From: Nitrosopumilaceae archaeon
GTDB taxonomy: Archaea > Thermoproteota > Nitrososphaeria > Nitrososphaerales > Nitrosopumilaceae
Length of the DNA: 64,000 nucleotides
Direction of reading: 5' to 3'
NCBI GenBank assembly: GCA_965208905.1
Contig: OZ242365.1
Location: 1,984,001 to 2,048,000, forward strand
Notes under the pieces: generated by a model
Databases searched by the model: none
Seen by the model: only the letters and a program-made list of their open reading frames with translations
Told to the model about the DNA's origin: nothing
Program-made: the position numbers and the translations under genes
Part shown: positions 1-8,950 of the stretch, piece after piece
Layout: each line of letters starts with the position of its first letter
Position numbering within the stretch: position 1 is the stretch's first letter

Positions 1-338
1 TAAAGAACTTATCCTGGGCTCGAATGAATATAGTTGATGAGTGCCTTTTAGTCCACATGCAGGGGTGCTTTGATCTCGCCGAATACATACGAGCAGACAT
101 GGAGTTCATGCTGACTCAAAAGTTTGAGGGTAAGATGTATCCGGTACGAGGAGCCACACCTGAAGAACAGAAGCAAAACTCGATGTATGACTCAAGAATC
201 GTGCTAGGAGCACTACAGCAGATACACAGTACACTAGATGCAAAGATTGATGAGTATCAGCGGGATACCAGATACGGAGAGGATGAATCAAGTCAAGCAA
301 CATACAATCAAAGATTCAGCAGTATCAAGTCAGTGTAA
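1..338 (+). CDS. hypothetical protein, probably 5'-truncated by the window edge
   Basis: Frame is open from position 3 to the stop at 338; no recognisable motif. Confidence 0.5.
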   Translation, partial: KNLSWARMNIVDECLLVHMQGCFDLAEYIRADMEFMLTQKFEGKMYPVRGATPEEQKQNSMYDSRIVLGALQQIHSTLDAKIDEYQRDTRYGEDESSQATYNQRFSSIKSV

Positions 339-633
339 AGAGTGCCCAGCCAGTAACAATGGCGACCATGGCAATCAGACTTATAGCTAGTGCTTTAACA
401 TCGCCGTTCACATCTGCAATACTTGAGGCAAGTTATTAAAATGTTAGTGGTATCGATGGACTCTTGGCAAATGTATCACAAATAGGCAGTCAGTAAATTC
501 ATCCAGAGTTATATGCTCATCATGTATGATAGTCGACCCACATCTCTGTTTAACCAATCTTTTCTAATTATCAAAATGAGATCAAACTGCTAAAATCATT
601 TATCTTACATCTGTAAAAGTAATTCAAATTTAA

Positions 634-2289
634 TCAGTGCCCTGGCGGAGCTCCATCATACATGCAGTTTAACTCATATATTTTGAGATTATGCTCATCA
701 ATCTTGTCTGCATACGTATGGTACAACTTGTTGTACTCATCAACTAAATCGTTGTACTGATCAACGGTCTGTTGCGAGTCAAAGTATATTGTGTTACCAA
801 AGGTACTGCCATATGTGGAGGCAAAGTCAGCTAGGCGCGCCTTGTATACAGTGAGATCAGATTCTATGCTTGTCAGATCCCTTTTCAGTACATCTATACT
901 ATACATCAAAGCCTCCTCTCCCACAAACATATCTGGTAGTCGTTCTGGTATGGTATAGCCTAGCGTATCAAATGGAATCTGTTGGTGCGTATCATTACCA
1001 TACATCAAGTGATCTGGGTCGGCATGATGTTCCAGTCCCAGAATATGACCCAACTCATGCGCTATTGTATCTTGTATAGTCTCTGGCGTGTATGAAATGC
1101 GGCGTCCGTTGCAGTCATACCCGTATGGCACCACCTCCATGGTAGCATCAAACCCTAGGCACCAGATGCACGCCAGTCCTATATATGCAGGATGGTACTC
1201 CGCCCACTCAATGTATACAGTGGGGTTGTGCTCCACCCAAACAAAGTTTAGTTCAGGGTTAAGATCTGACCATGACTCAAATGCCGCATGTACTGCATCA
1301 AGGTATCTGGGAGGGTCCGGAGTGTATACATCCAGTAAAAATTCGTTAGAACCATACGTGATGGTACACTTATGAGCCCCGGATGGCCGTCCACCGACCT
1401 CTTCAAGCGGTATTTCGCTGTAAGATGCTACTTCGCCATTTTGCATATTAAGCCCGCCCTCATGTACAACCACATATGGGCTACGCATTCCGGCCAGTGA
1501 GTCACGCTGATACGATGTGGTGTTTATTACAACTGTAGTGGCGCTGCTCTCACGTAGTAAGTGCTGGGTCCGAGTAAACTCTATGCCACAACGGCCATCA
1601 TCTATTATGCGTATAAATGAGGCATCCACAGACAGCCTTGGCTGTTCAAGCTCCAATACCAGTGTACCAGTACTCCAATGAAATATAGCATCAGACACAA
1701 CCGAGTCGGCATATGTATTTGGGAGTGTATTATCGGGCCGGTCAATAGAGGACATGGTCTCAGAGGGGTTCAAATCCGCTATACTGGAAAGACAGTGCTC
1801 ACCATGACTATTCTCGCAATATAACACCTCACTGCCAAGCGGGACACCATAGCGTTCCACATATGCCACACCTGTAGAAGAGGTGCTTGTGACCAATATA
1901 CCAGATACGCCTTCATGTCTGTTAACATGCGTGCTGCCACCTTCAGTTTGGACGTATTTTGTAATATCATGGGTGCAGTTATTTAGTACTGCAGTTTGAT
2001 TAGGTGATATGATCTGTTCTACACTGCACTCATCAACATCAACATACCCATATGGTACGGCATCCTCATCCACGATATAGCGGGTCAGATCAATGACAGC
2101 ATGAATGTTGTAAACACCTACGTTTTGTATGGTTATATTGTAGCCATTTGAATGCCATTCAAGATTCAGCAGTTGTATTAGATTATCACCATCATGAGCA
2201 TGGAGGCCAAATGCCATTGGTGTGGCCAGAATAAAGAGGCCAAGCACTACTAGAGATATGATGGTTCCAGAATCAATAAAAGTACGCAT
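634..2289 (-). CDS. secreted matrixin/M10-like (metzincin) zinc metalloprotease with C-terminal coiled coil
   Basis: N-terminal signal-like hydrophobic segment; HELGHILGLEH (HExxHxxGxxH) followed by Met-turn HLMY; heptad-like C-terminus. Confidence 0.85.
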   Translation of the reverse strand: MRTFIDSGTIISLVVLGLFILATPMAFGLHAHDGDNLIQLLNLEWHSNGYNITIQNVGVYNIHAVIDLTRYIVDEDAVPYGYVDVDECSVEQIISPNQTAVLNNCTHDITKYVQTEGGSTHVNRHEGVSGILVTSTSSTGVAYVERYGVPLGSEVLYCENSHGEHCLSSIADLNPSETMSSIDRPDNTLPNTYADSVVSDAIFHWSTGTLVLELEQPRLSVDASFIRIIDDGRCGIEFTRTQHLLRESSATTVVINTTSYQRDSLAGMRSPYVVVHEGGLNMQNGEVASYSEIPLEEVGGRPSGAHKCTITYGSNEFLLDVYTPDPPRYLDAVHAAFESWSDLNPELNFVWVEHNPTVYIEWAEYHPAYIGLACIWCLGFDATMEVVPYGYDCNGRRISYTPETIQDTIAHELGHILGLEHHADPDHLMYGNDTHQQIPFDTLGYTIPERLPDMFVGEEALMYSIDVLKRDLTSIESDLTVYKARLADFASTYGSTFGNTIYFDSQQTVDQYNDLVDEYNKLYHTYADKIDEHNLKIYELNCMYDGAPPGH

Positions 2290-2414
2290 TATAGAGTCAC
2301 CTGCAGCTTATAGACGACATGATTACATATGTATACATAACTAATTATTTATGTACAAATTTTTACACATTGCTCATATCAAAGGTTTATTATCCAGAGT
2401 GCGTTCGTATAATT

Positions 2415-2495
2415 ATGAGATGGTGGTGGGTAGCCATGGTTATAACCGTAGGATTAACATATGTAGGAGCAAACTATCTGGTCCCGTGGAGATAA
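2415..2495 (+). CDS. putative 26-aa single-pass membrane microprotein (MRWWWVAMVITVGLTYVGANYLVPWR)
   Basis: ATG..TAA read by hand; TATA-like TTTATTA about 25 nt upstream; hydrophobic core. Below the ORF-track cutoff. Confidence 0.45.
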   Translation: MRWWWVAMVITVGLTYVGANYLVPWR

Positions 2496-2536
2496 AGCCA
2501 CGTTAAAATATAGCATATTCAAAGTTAGAGAGTATA

Positions 2537-2842
2537 ATGGCTACAAAGAAATCCTCGGGGCGTTCGCATGGTTTTCGTCATAAATCCCGCTCTGTAATGA
2601 CAAAGCGTGGGCCGCGGGGCGTCTCGTTTATGCTTAGAGAGTATAATGTAGGAGATCAGGCACTGGTAATCATAGATCCGCGCCAACACAAGGGACTTCC
2701 ACATCGTCGCTATCACGGAAAGGTTGGACGGGTCATCGAAGCTGGATATCGCATGGTGACATTGCATGTAAAACTGGGTAAAAAGACAAAAAAGTTGATA
2801 ACACGGTATGATCATATAAAGCCATTTGGAGTGCAGGCATGA
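2537..2842 (+). CDS. rpl21e: 50S ribosomal protein L21e
   Basis: SHGFRHKSR and GLPHRRYHGKVG motifs; conserved archaeal operon context. Confidence 0.97.
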   Translation: MATKKSSGRSHGFRHKSRSVMTKRGPRGVSFMLREYNVGDQALVIIDPRQHKGLPHRRYHGKVGRVIEAGYRMVTLHVKLGKKTKKLITRYDHIKPFGVQA

Positions 2843-3162
2843 AGGACATAACTCGTAGCGAGCCCATCACAATATCTGAGGTTCGCGAGATATTCTCCAA
2901 GATAGACCCAGATCAGTTGGATCAAATACAGAGATGGACGTTTGACTATACTGCCAAATTCGCCAAGATAGATCCCGATAAAGCCAGAAGTATGAGAAAG
3001 GCTCTAGTTGAGGAGTGTGGCCTGACCGATGTTGAAGCTGTGGAGATTGTAAATATAGCACCACAGACAATAGCCGAGATTCGCTCTTTTACGTTTGGTT
3101 GGAAGAAGCTCATACTAGCTGAAACATTATCAAAGATACTACGCATAATAAAGGAAACATAG
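2839..3162 (+). CDS. rpoF: RNA polymerase subunit Rpo4 (RpoF)
   Basis: HRDC-like EAVEIVNIAPQTIAEIRS; directly follows rpl21e. Confidence 0.93.
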   Translation: MKDITRSEPITISEVREIFSKIDPDQLDQIQRWTFDYTAKFAKIDPDKARSMRKALVEECGLTDVEAVEIVNIAPQTIAEIRSFTFGWKKLILAETLSKILRIIKET

Positions 3163-3178
3163 TACGGGTGAAAAGCCT

Positions 3179-3727
3179 CTGCGGGAGAACAGATACAAAT
3201 TACGCGAGAATCGCGCATACATACTAGATGTAAGGAGTCGCTCACGCTCCACAATATACAAGTCACAAGAAGGAATAATTCTGACCGCCATGGGCGATAT
3301 GAGATTTACAATTTTAGAGATGCTGGGTAAACCTGGTGTGACATATACGATAGGTGAGAGTGTAGATATAGAAGAGTCTGTAGACTCTGTAATTGGCAGA
3401 CTAAATTACAACAACTTATCATCTGTTGCAACAGACGAGATCCCATTGGCAATTCAAAAGATTGTCGAGGTATGCGAGGACCGTTTCGTTCAGTATGTCA
3501 ACAGTGCCGTATTGGTGACTGCGCAGTTTCATCCTTTAGGCGTGATGCCCGGCGTGGGCAAAGCGGCATTAAAGAGCATTCTGGAGAGACGTGACATTAA
3601 AAAGTTTGAAAGTTTTAAAGATATATCGACAAGTACCCGCTGGCGAAACCCTGCCGAATCAATCATACAACGCATACATGATGAGGTTAGGGGAAATACA
3701 AGCACGTACATATTTGTCAGGCGATGA
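3179..3727 (+). CDS. DUF655 family protein (putative nucleic-acid binding, HhH)
   Basis: Position between rpoF and ksgA; MPGVGKA HhH motif. Family-like sequence (AYILD..., EGIILTAMG) extends upstream of ATG 3290 to an in-frame CTG at 3179. Confidence 0.85.
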   Translation: MRENRYKLRENRAYILDVRSRSRSTIYKSQEGIILTAMGDMRFTILEMLGKPGVTYTIGESVDIEESVDSVIGRLNYNNLSSVATDEIPLAIQKIVEVCEDRFVQYVNSAVLVTAQFHPLGVMPGVGKAALKSILERRDIKKFESFKDISTSTRWRNPAESIIQRIHDEVRGNTSTYIFVRR

Positions 3728-4383
3728 ACCGGCAAAAGTCATACGGCCAACATTTTCTTACATCAAAGAGGGTTGCGCAGCAGATAGTCAAAATGGCGCG
3801 CATCTCACATAATGATACGGTATTAGAGGTTGGTACAGGTCATGGAATACTGACGCGTATTATGGCACCTCTGGCCAGACGCGTGATATCCATAGAGTTT
3901 GATCACACGCTATACAGGAGTGCGCAGGGTGTATTGGGTGAATACGACAATGTCACACTACAGCAAGGTGATGCGTTTGGAGAGTCTCCTGTATTTGATG
4001 TCTTTGTCTCGAATCTACCGTATAGTCATAGTCGTCGCGCAGTGGAGTGGATGTCATCTTTGGACTTTAGGTCCGGAACCATAATGGTACAAAGAGAGTT
4101 TGCGCAGAAACTTACAGAGACCAAAAGGGCGCGTCGAGCCATATCGGTCATATGGCAGGAGGCATTCCGCATAAAGGAGCAGTTCAACGTAGGGCCTCAT
4201 AATTTTGAGCCGCCTCCAAAGGTCGACTCTGTTGTTATACACTTTGATAAAGTACGTGTAATACCCCAACATACGATACGGCGTATTCACAGCCTGTTTT
4301 CGGGTCGTCGGCGGCTTGTACCAGACACCAACAGACGGTTGGATGATATGACCAGCCATGAAATACTAGACCATGTCAGCTGA
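3724..4383 (+). CDS. ksgA: 16S rRNA adenine dimethyltransferase KsgA/Dim1
   Basis: GQHFL, VLEVGTGHG, SNLPY, MVQREFA and PPPKVDS motifs. Confidence 0.96.
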   Translation: MNRQKSYGQHFLTSKRVAQQIVKMARISHNDTVLEVGTGHGILTRIMAPLARRVISIEFDHTLYRSAQGVLGEYDNVTLQQGDAFGESPVFDVFVSNLPYSHSRRAVEWMSSLDFRSGTIMVQREFAQKLTETKRARRAISVIWQEAFRIKEQFNVGPHNFEPPPKVDSVVIHFDKVRVIPQHTIRRIHSLFSGRRRLVPDTNRRLDDMTSHEILDHVS

Positions 4384-4891
4384 GTATACACCTGCAGAGG
4401 ATACGTTTCTGTTGTGTGATTATATAGATACCATATACGGCAAGAGTGCCTTGGAGATTGGTAGCGGTTCTGGTTTTGTGACAAAGTTGTTAGAGAGTCG
4501 ATTCGACTTTGTCGTATGTACGGATATTGATTATACGACATTATACAATCAGACGTATGCGGCGCAGAATCGCATATGCTGCAATGCTGCAGATGCCATA
4601 CATCACAAGTTTGATGTAATAGTGAGCAATCCGCCATACTTGGATACCAAAACAGTACAGTTTTTGGATACTGATGGCGGGCCCGGTGGCATAGAGGTGC
4701 CAGTCAAATTCTTGCGCTCGGCCACACCGCTACTGCACAGAGATGGCCACATTGCAATGGTGATGTCATCGTTGTCCAGGTATGATCTATTCGTGCAGGA
4801 GGCATCCGCAATGGGCCTCCACTCAGAGATTGCCATAAAGAGACGACTCTTCTTTGAGGAGATATACATAGTAAAGATGTACTATTTATGA
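4373..4891 (+). CDS. HemK/Mtq2-like protein glutamine methyltransferase
   Basis: YTPAEDTFLL, LEIGSGSG, NPPY, DGGPGG. Confidence 0.92.
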   Translation: MSAEYTPAEDTFLLCDYIDTIYGKSALEIGSGSGFVTKLLESRFDFVVCTDIDYTTLYNQTYAAQNRICCNAADAIHHKFDVIVSNPPYLDTKTVQFLDTDGGPGGIEVPVKFLRSATPLLHRDGHIAMVMSSLSRYDLFVQEASAMGLHSEIAIKRRLFFEEIYIVKMYYL

Positions 4892-5913
4892 AGTAATTTA
4901 GTGGCGTGTCGTACTATCTCGTCGGTCATGGCAGTAGTGGTGGACTGGCCGCCTATATCCCAGGTTGTAACATCGCCTTGATTTATGACTGAATCTACAG
5001 CCTCAAATATGGCATTCTGAATGTGGCTCTCGCCCAGATATCCTGCCATCCAGGCACCAGATAGTATTGTCGCGGTTGGGTTCACCTTGTTTTGACCTGC
5101 AAATTGTGGGGCGCTACCATGAGCTGCCTCAAACATTGCAAAGTCATCACCCATGTTTGCAGAGTATATTAGACCAATAGACCCCACCAATGCAGATGCT
5201 AGTTCAGATATTATATCCATAAAGAGATTCGTGCTTACCAGTACGGATTTGTCAAATCGTTCTGTATCTATTACCATCTGTTGCGCCATATTATCTATGT
5301 ATATCTCAGACAGTGTCATGTCGGTGTTCTTTACGGCGGCCTGTGCCTCTTCCCAAAAGATACCATCTGTAACTTTTAGTATGTTCCTCTTTGTGATACA
5401 GACCAGTCTCTTCTTGTCATCTTCGAGTCCCCACTTTACTGCCGCCTCCAAGAGTCGCCGGGAGCCGCGACGGCTTATCTTACGAATGGCTATTGCAGCA
5501 TCATCGGTTATACGCGTCTCTATACCAGTGTATAGTCCTTCAGTAGCCTCACGAAAACAGACACAGTCCAATGAATAGTCTGGTGTCAGTCTTTTGTATG
5601 TCTTTGTGGGTCGTATGTTTGCGTACAGGTCAAACTTTTGTCGCAGTGTTACTGCCACACTTCGTGGTGCGTTGGGTACGGGCAGCGTTGTTGTGGGACC
5701 CTTAAAACATGCATCACAGTCTTCTAGCATATTCATTGTATCATCAGGGATATAGCTGGCATCGCGACGACTATTCTTATCCCATTGCTCAGAACCGGCC
5801 TCACACAGTACTATTTCAGACTGCAGATTGCACTGTTTTAGTACATCTAGCATGCAGTCAACCACCTCAGGGCCTATGCCATCCCCCCGGATTACAACCG
5901 CTTTTTTGCCCAT
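4882..5913 (-). CDS. isocitrate/isopropylmalate dehydrogenase family protein
   Basis: GDGIGPEV, DLYANIRP, REATEGLY, FEAAHGSAP, NPTATILS. Confidence 0.95.
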   Translation of the reverse strand: MGKKAVVIRGDGIGPEVVDCMLDVLKQCNLQSEIVLCEAGSEQWDKNSRRDASYIPDDTMNMLEDCDACFKGPTTTLPVPNAPRSVAVTLRQKFDLYANIRPTKTYKRLTPDYSLDCVCFREATEGLYTGIETRITDDAAIAIRKISRRGSRRLLEAAVKWGLEDDKKRLVCITKRNILKVTDGIFWEEAQAAVKNTDMTLSEIYIDNMAQQMVIDTERFDKSVLVSTNLFMDIISELASALVGSIGLIYSANMGDDFAMFEAAHGSAPQFAGQNKVNPTATILSGAWMAGYLGESHIQNAIFEAVDSVINQGDVTTWDIGGQSTTTAMTDEIVRHATKLLHK

Positions 5914-6007
5914 GTGTCATATCATATATCTAATAATTTATTCTTTGAGTTGGCACATTACGAAATTCGTATAGTCATTTTTTATTAAGTACATGGTTTA
6001 ATCATGT

Positions 6008-6757
6008 GTGATGCTGATTGTACAGATATCGGATTTGCATGTGGGTTCACAATTTTTAGAATCTAGGTTTCATCAGATGGCCACCGAAGTCAACAGTATG
6101 CGTCCTGACGTGGTCGTAGTTACTGGAGACTTGACCAACGAGGGTATAGTCGGCGAGTACGAAAGATGCTCCAAACTACTATCTACAATAGAAACAAAAA
6201 AATTGATAGCCGTCAGTGGCAACCACGATTACCGGAATACCGGCTATCTGTTGTTTAGAAAGTACTTTCCATCAGACAACATAAACGAGCTTGACGATGA
6301 TGTTGTACTGGCCACCATTGGAACGGCTCGCCCTGACCGTAACGAGGGCGAGGTCGGATACCGGCAGAATTTATGGCTCGAAAACACGCTCAAAAAATTT
6401 CATTCCAAAATCATACTTGTGGCCATGCACCATCACCTAATAGATGTACCCGATACGGGTTCGGACCACCAGACTGTTCGGGATGCGGGGGATGTACTGC
6501 GAACTGTCTTGAATTCAGGAGTAAGTTTGGTATTGTGTGGGCACAACCACAGACCCTGGATGTGGGACTTTGGCAGATTAAAGGTGGTGAATGCCGGGAC
6601 TGCCACCTCGGAGCGGCCCAGAGGACTCTTTGAGAATAGTTACAACATAATAACAATACAAAACGGCCAAGTCGATGTCGACTTGAAGATAGTGGGAGGT
6701 ACAAGGATGCCTCTATCAGAGATGGTACAAAGTTACTCTTTATTCGACTCTCCCTGA
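6008..6757 (+). CDS. calcineurin-like metallophosphoesterase (CpdA/Icc-like)
   Basis: SDLH, TGDLT, GNHD, HHH, CGHNH. Confidence 0.93.
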   Translation: MMLIVQISDLHVGSQFLESRFHQMATEVNSMRPDVVVVTGDLTNEGIVGEYERCSKLLSTIETKKLIAVSGNHDYRNTGYLLFRKYFPSDNINELDDDVVLATIGTARPDRNEGEVGYRQNLWLENTLKKFHSKIILVAMHHHLIDVPDTGSDHQTVRDAGDVLRTVLNSGVSLVLCGHNHRPWMWDFGRLKVVNAGTATSERPRGLFENSYNIITIQNGQVDVDLKIVGGTRMPLSEMVQSYSLFDSP

Positions 6758-6798
6758 AAACCATGACTTATTTACCGAGTTTGCAGATGTCATATTAT

Positions 6799-6882
6799 GC
6801 GGGGATCGCCTAGCCTGGTAGGGCGTGGGATTGCTAATCCCATGTCAGCAATGACACGGGGGTTCAAATCCCCCTCCCCGCG
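6799..6882 (+). tRNA. tRNA-Ser(GCT)
   Basis: GCGGGGA/TCCCCGC acceptor stem, TGGGA-TTGCTAA-TCCCA anticodon arm, long variable arm, GGTTCAAATCC T-arm. Confidence 0.97.
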
Positions 6883-7122
6883 CTTCAAATAATATAGAAA
6901 TGCGCAATACCCGCTCGAATGTGTGGACATGCAGCTGCCGAAATCACTGGATGCCAAGTGCAGTCTGACTGCTTGCCAGTCCTATCCATCGTCATCATGT
7001 CGGCCTTGTGGCTATGCTCCAGCTTGCGATCAGGATGCTTAGAACTACTACACGCTGGCAGATGGCGCATACTCGTCACCGCGTGCAACCTACACACCCC
7101 CTGCCGCGCCGTCTTCTAGACA

Positions 7123-8001
7123 TCACCAGTAACCGGCATGCGCTCGGAGGTATCTTGTCACAAACCATCGCAGGAATGGCAAGTCGTCTTCTCTCGTCTG
7201 AGATCTCTCCAGCGCGTTGTAATACGACCTTCTATTCCTATACTCTATGTCCATCATGGGGTAGTCTGACCTATACAGTACGTGGTTCATCATGAGCCTG
7301 GACACCCTCCCATTCCCATCGCCAAATGGGTGTATCGTGACGAACTTCAAATGTACCAACGCCGCAAGCTCCACCGGATTCAGTATCCCTTTATCGGCGT
7401 TATACCATTCAAAGAAGTCTTTGATCAGTCCACCTACCGCTTGGTGCTGTGGCGGCGTGAACTTGCTCTGGCTGACCCGGACGTTATAGTCTCGGATCTT
7501 TCCTGCGATATCTTCTTTGGTGCCCTCAAACAGCTTCCTGTGCCACCCCATGACCAGATCCATTGACACATATTCTTCCCTTATTGCGTCAAAGAAGACC
7601 GTTCTGTGTGCTTCAGCCTCTCGCACATCTACAGCTGGCCTTGTAGGGGTGATGCCATCCTCCAAGAGCAGCGTAGTATCCTTCAGGCTCAGTGTCGAGC
7701 CCTCTATCCTTTGGGTGTTGTACGTGAATCTCACGGCAAATGCCCCTAGGCGCTTTTCCAAAACTGTTCGTGGCATCGAGGCGCGCTGACTCGCAAAGCT
7801 GCCGCGTATGATCTCCAGTTTGGGTTCCCATTCCTCGCGTAGCACTCTCAACATAAAGTTCCTCTTTCTATCCTTTACATCCGGCGGTATGGTCCTTCCG
7901 AGATACTCCTCGTACTGCCGCCTGGCACCACCTCTCTTTGAATCGTAGTAAAGGTAGTAGTAGTTGTTGCCCGCTTTTCTCTTCCTTCTAACGCTTACCA
8001 T
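7123..8001 (-). CDS. Fic family protein (AMPylase) with basic N-terminal beta-strand domain
   Basis: HPFGDGNGRVSR Fic motif; TQRIEG matches the (S/T)xxxE(G/N) inhibitory helix. Confidence 0.95.
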   Translation of the reverse strand: MVSVRRKRKAGNNYYYLYYDSKRGGARRQYEEYLGRTIPPDVKDRKRNFMLRVLREEWEPKLEIIRGSFASQRASMPRTVLEKRLGAFAVRFTYNTQRIEGSTLSLKDTTLLLEDGITPTRPAVDVREAEAHRTVFFDAIREEYVSMDLVMGWHRKLFEGTKEDIAGKIRDYNVRVSQSKFTPPQHQAVGGLIKDFFEWYNADKGILNPVELAALVHLKFVTIHPFGDGNGRVSRLMMNHVLYRSDYPMMDIEYRNRRSYYNALERSQTREDDLPFLRWFVTRYLRAHAGYW

Positions 8002-8009
8002 GCACAGTT

Positions 8010-8062
8010 TTACCCAGGAAATTATTTAAAAATTTCTGAAAATTTGAAAAAATCCTGGGTAA
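8010..8062. promoter_or_regulatory. inverted repeat/operator over the fic promoter
   Basis: Perfect 10-bp IR TTACCCAGGA (8010-8019) / TCCTGGGTAA (8053-8062) enclosing an AT-rich TATA-like segment just upstream of the fic ATG. Confidence 0.55.
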
Positions 8063-8118
8063 GATGTAGTGCTACGTGCCGTCGCATGTACAACCACTAT
8101 CATGATTATCACGAGCAC

Positions 8119-8434
8119 TACAGAGCCTGAAGAACACTTTCAGTACCATTGGTATTCACATTCCAGTATTCATCCTCAGCCTCATACGAGCTGGCACATA
8201 GGCAAGGGCAGCCTGGTAAAACACTCCGTCAGTGCCTCAAAGCACTCTCTTCAGACCATCGCGCTCCCGAATGCCTATGTTGACAAAGTCTATCCTGTCA
8301 CGAACACCCTCCAGATTGGCCATGCTTCCTCGGGACAGGTCGTCCATCACCGTAACATCATGTCCGTCTGAGACCAGACGCTTGACAATATGGCTCCCAA
8401 TAAGTCCAGCACCGCCGATTACAGCAAAATTCAT
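8119..8434 (-). pseudogene. NAD-dependent epimerase/dehydratase pseudogene
   Basis: MNFAVIGGAGLIGSH Rossmann motif; in-frame TGA at 8237-8239; then GTDGVFYQAA and a frameshifted NVNTNGTESVL; truncated. Confidence 0.85.
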
Positions 8435-8950
8435 GAATTCTCTCTCTGAATCACTTGCCTGAGTGTATAAGTATTCCAAAATACCACTTGTATGGATTCT
8501 AATCCTAAGCCATGTCGCATACCAACAACTTCGCAAAGTCTTGGACGGAATGATAGGGGGCCGCAGGAATCGGGGTGGCACAAGTATGAAGATTATATTA
8601 TAGTAATTGTTTTGCTTTTTAAAGTTGATCGTGCGTAATATATCTAGCATCTGCGCTAGACAAAGGACTAGAGGTTTTAGTCACCAATAACAGGCATTTC
8701 AATCTATTTTTTGACATTAAGTGACATCTATTGACTATTTATGGTACTTCAAAAAGCGAAACAATAACACGTAAGGTGAGATAGGTAGCAGAATCCGCAC
8801 TCATAGAACACGTAATAGTCTGTGAAAAGATCTGATATTATTCTTGCCTCTGTCAGGCATTGCAGCGTTCTAAAAATATTCGATCTTTCTCTACCCGACT
8901 ACGTGAGGAAACATAGATAATAATCGCATAACAACAAAAGATGATGGTGC

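Noticed and set aside
6883-7120. Integrase remnant or att duplication next to tRNA-Ser
   Set aside because: No R-H-R-Y or serine-recombinase motif in the frames read, and no copy of either tRNA 3' end was seen.
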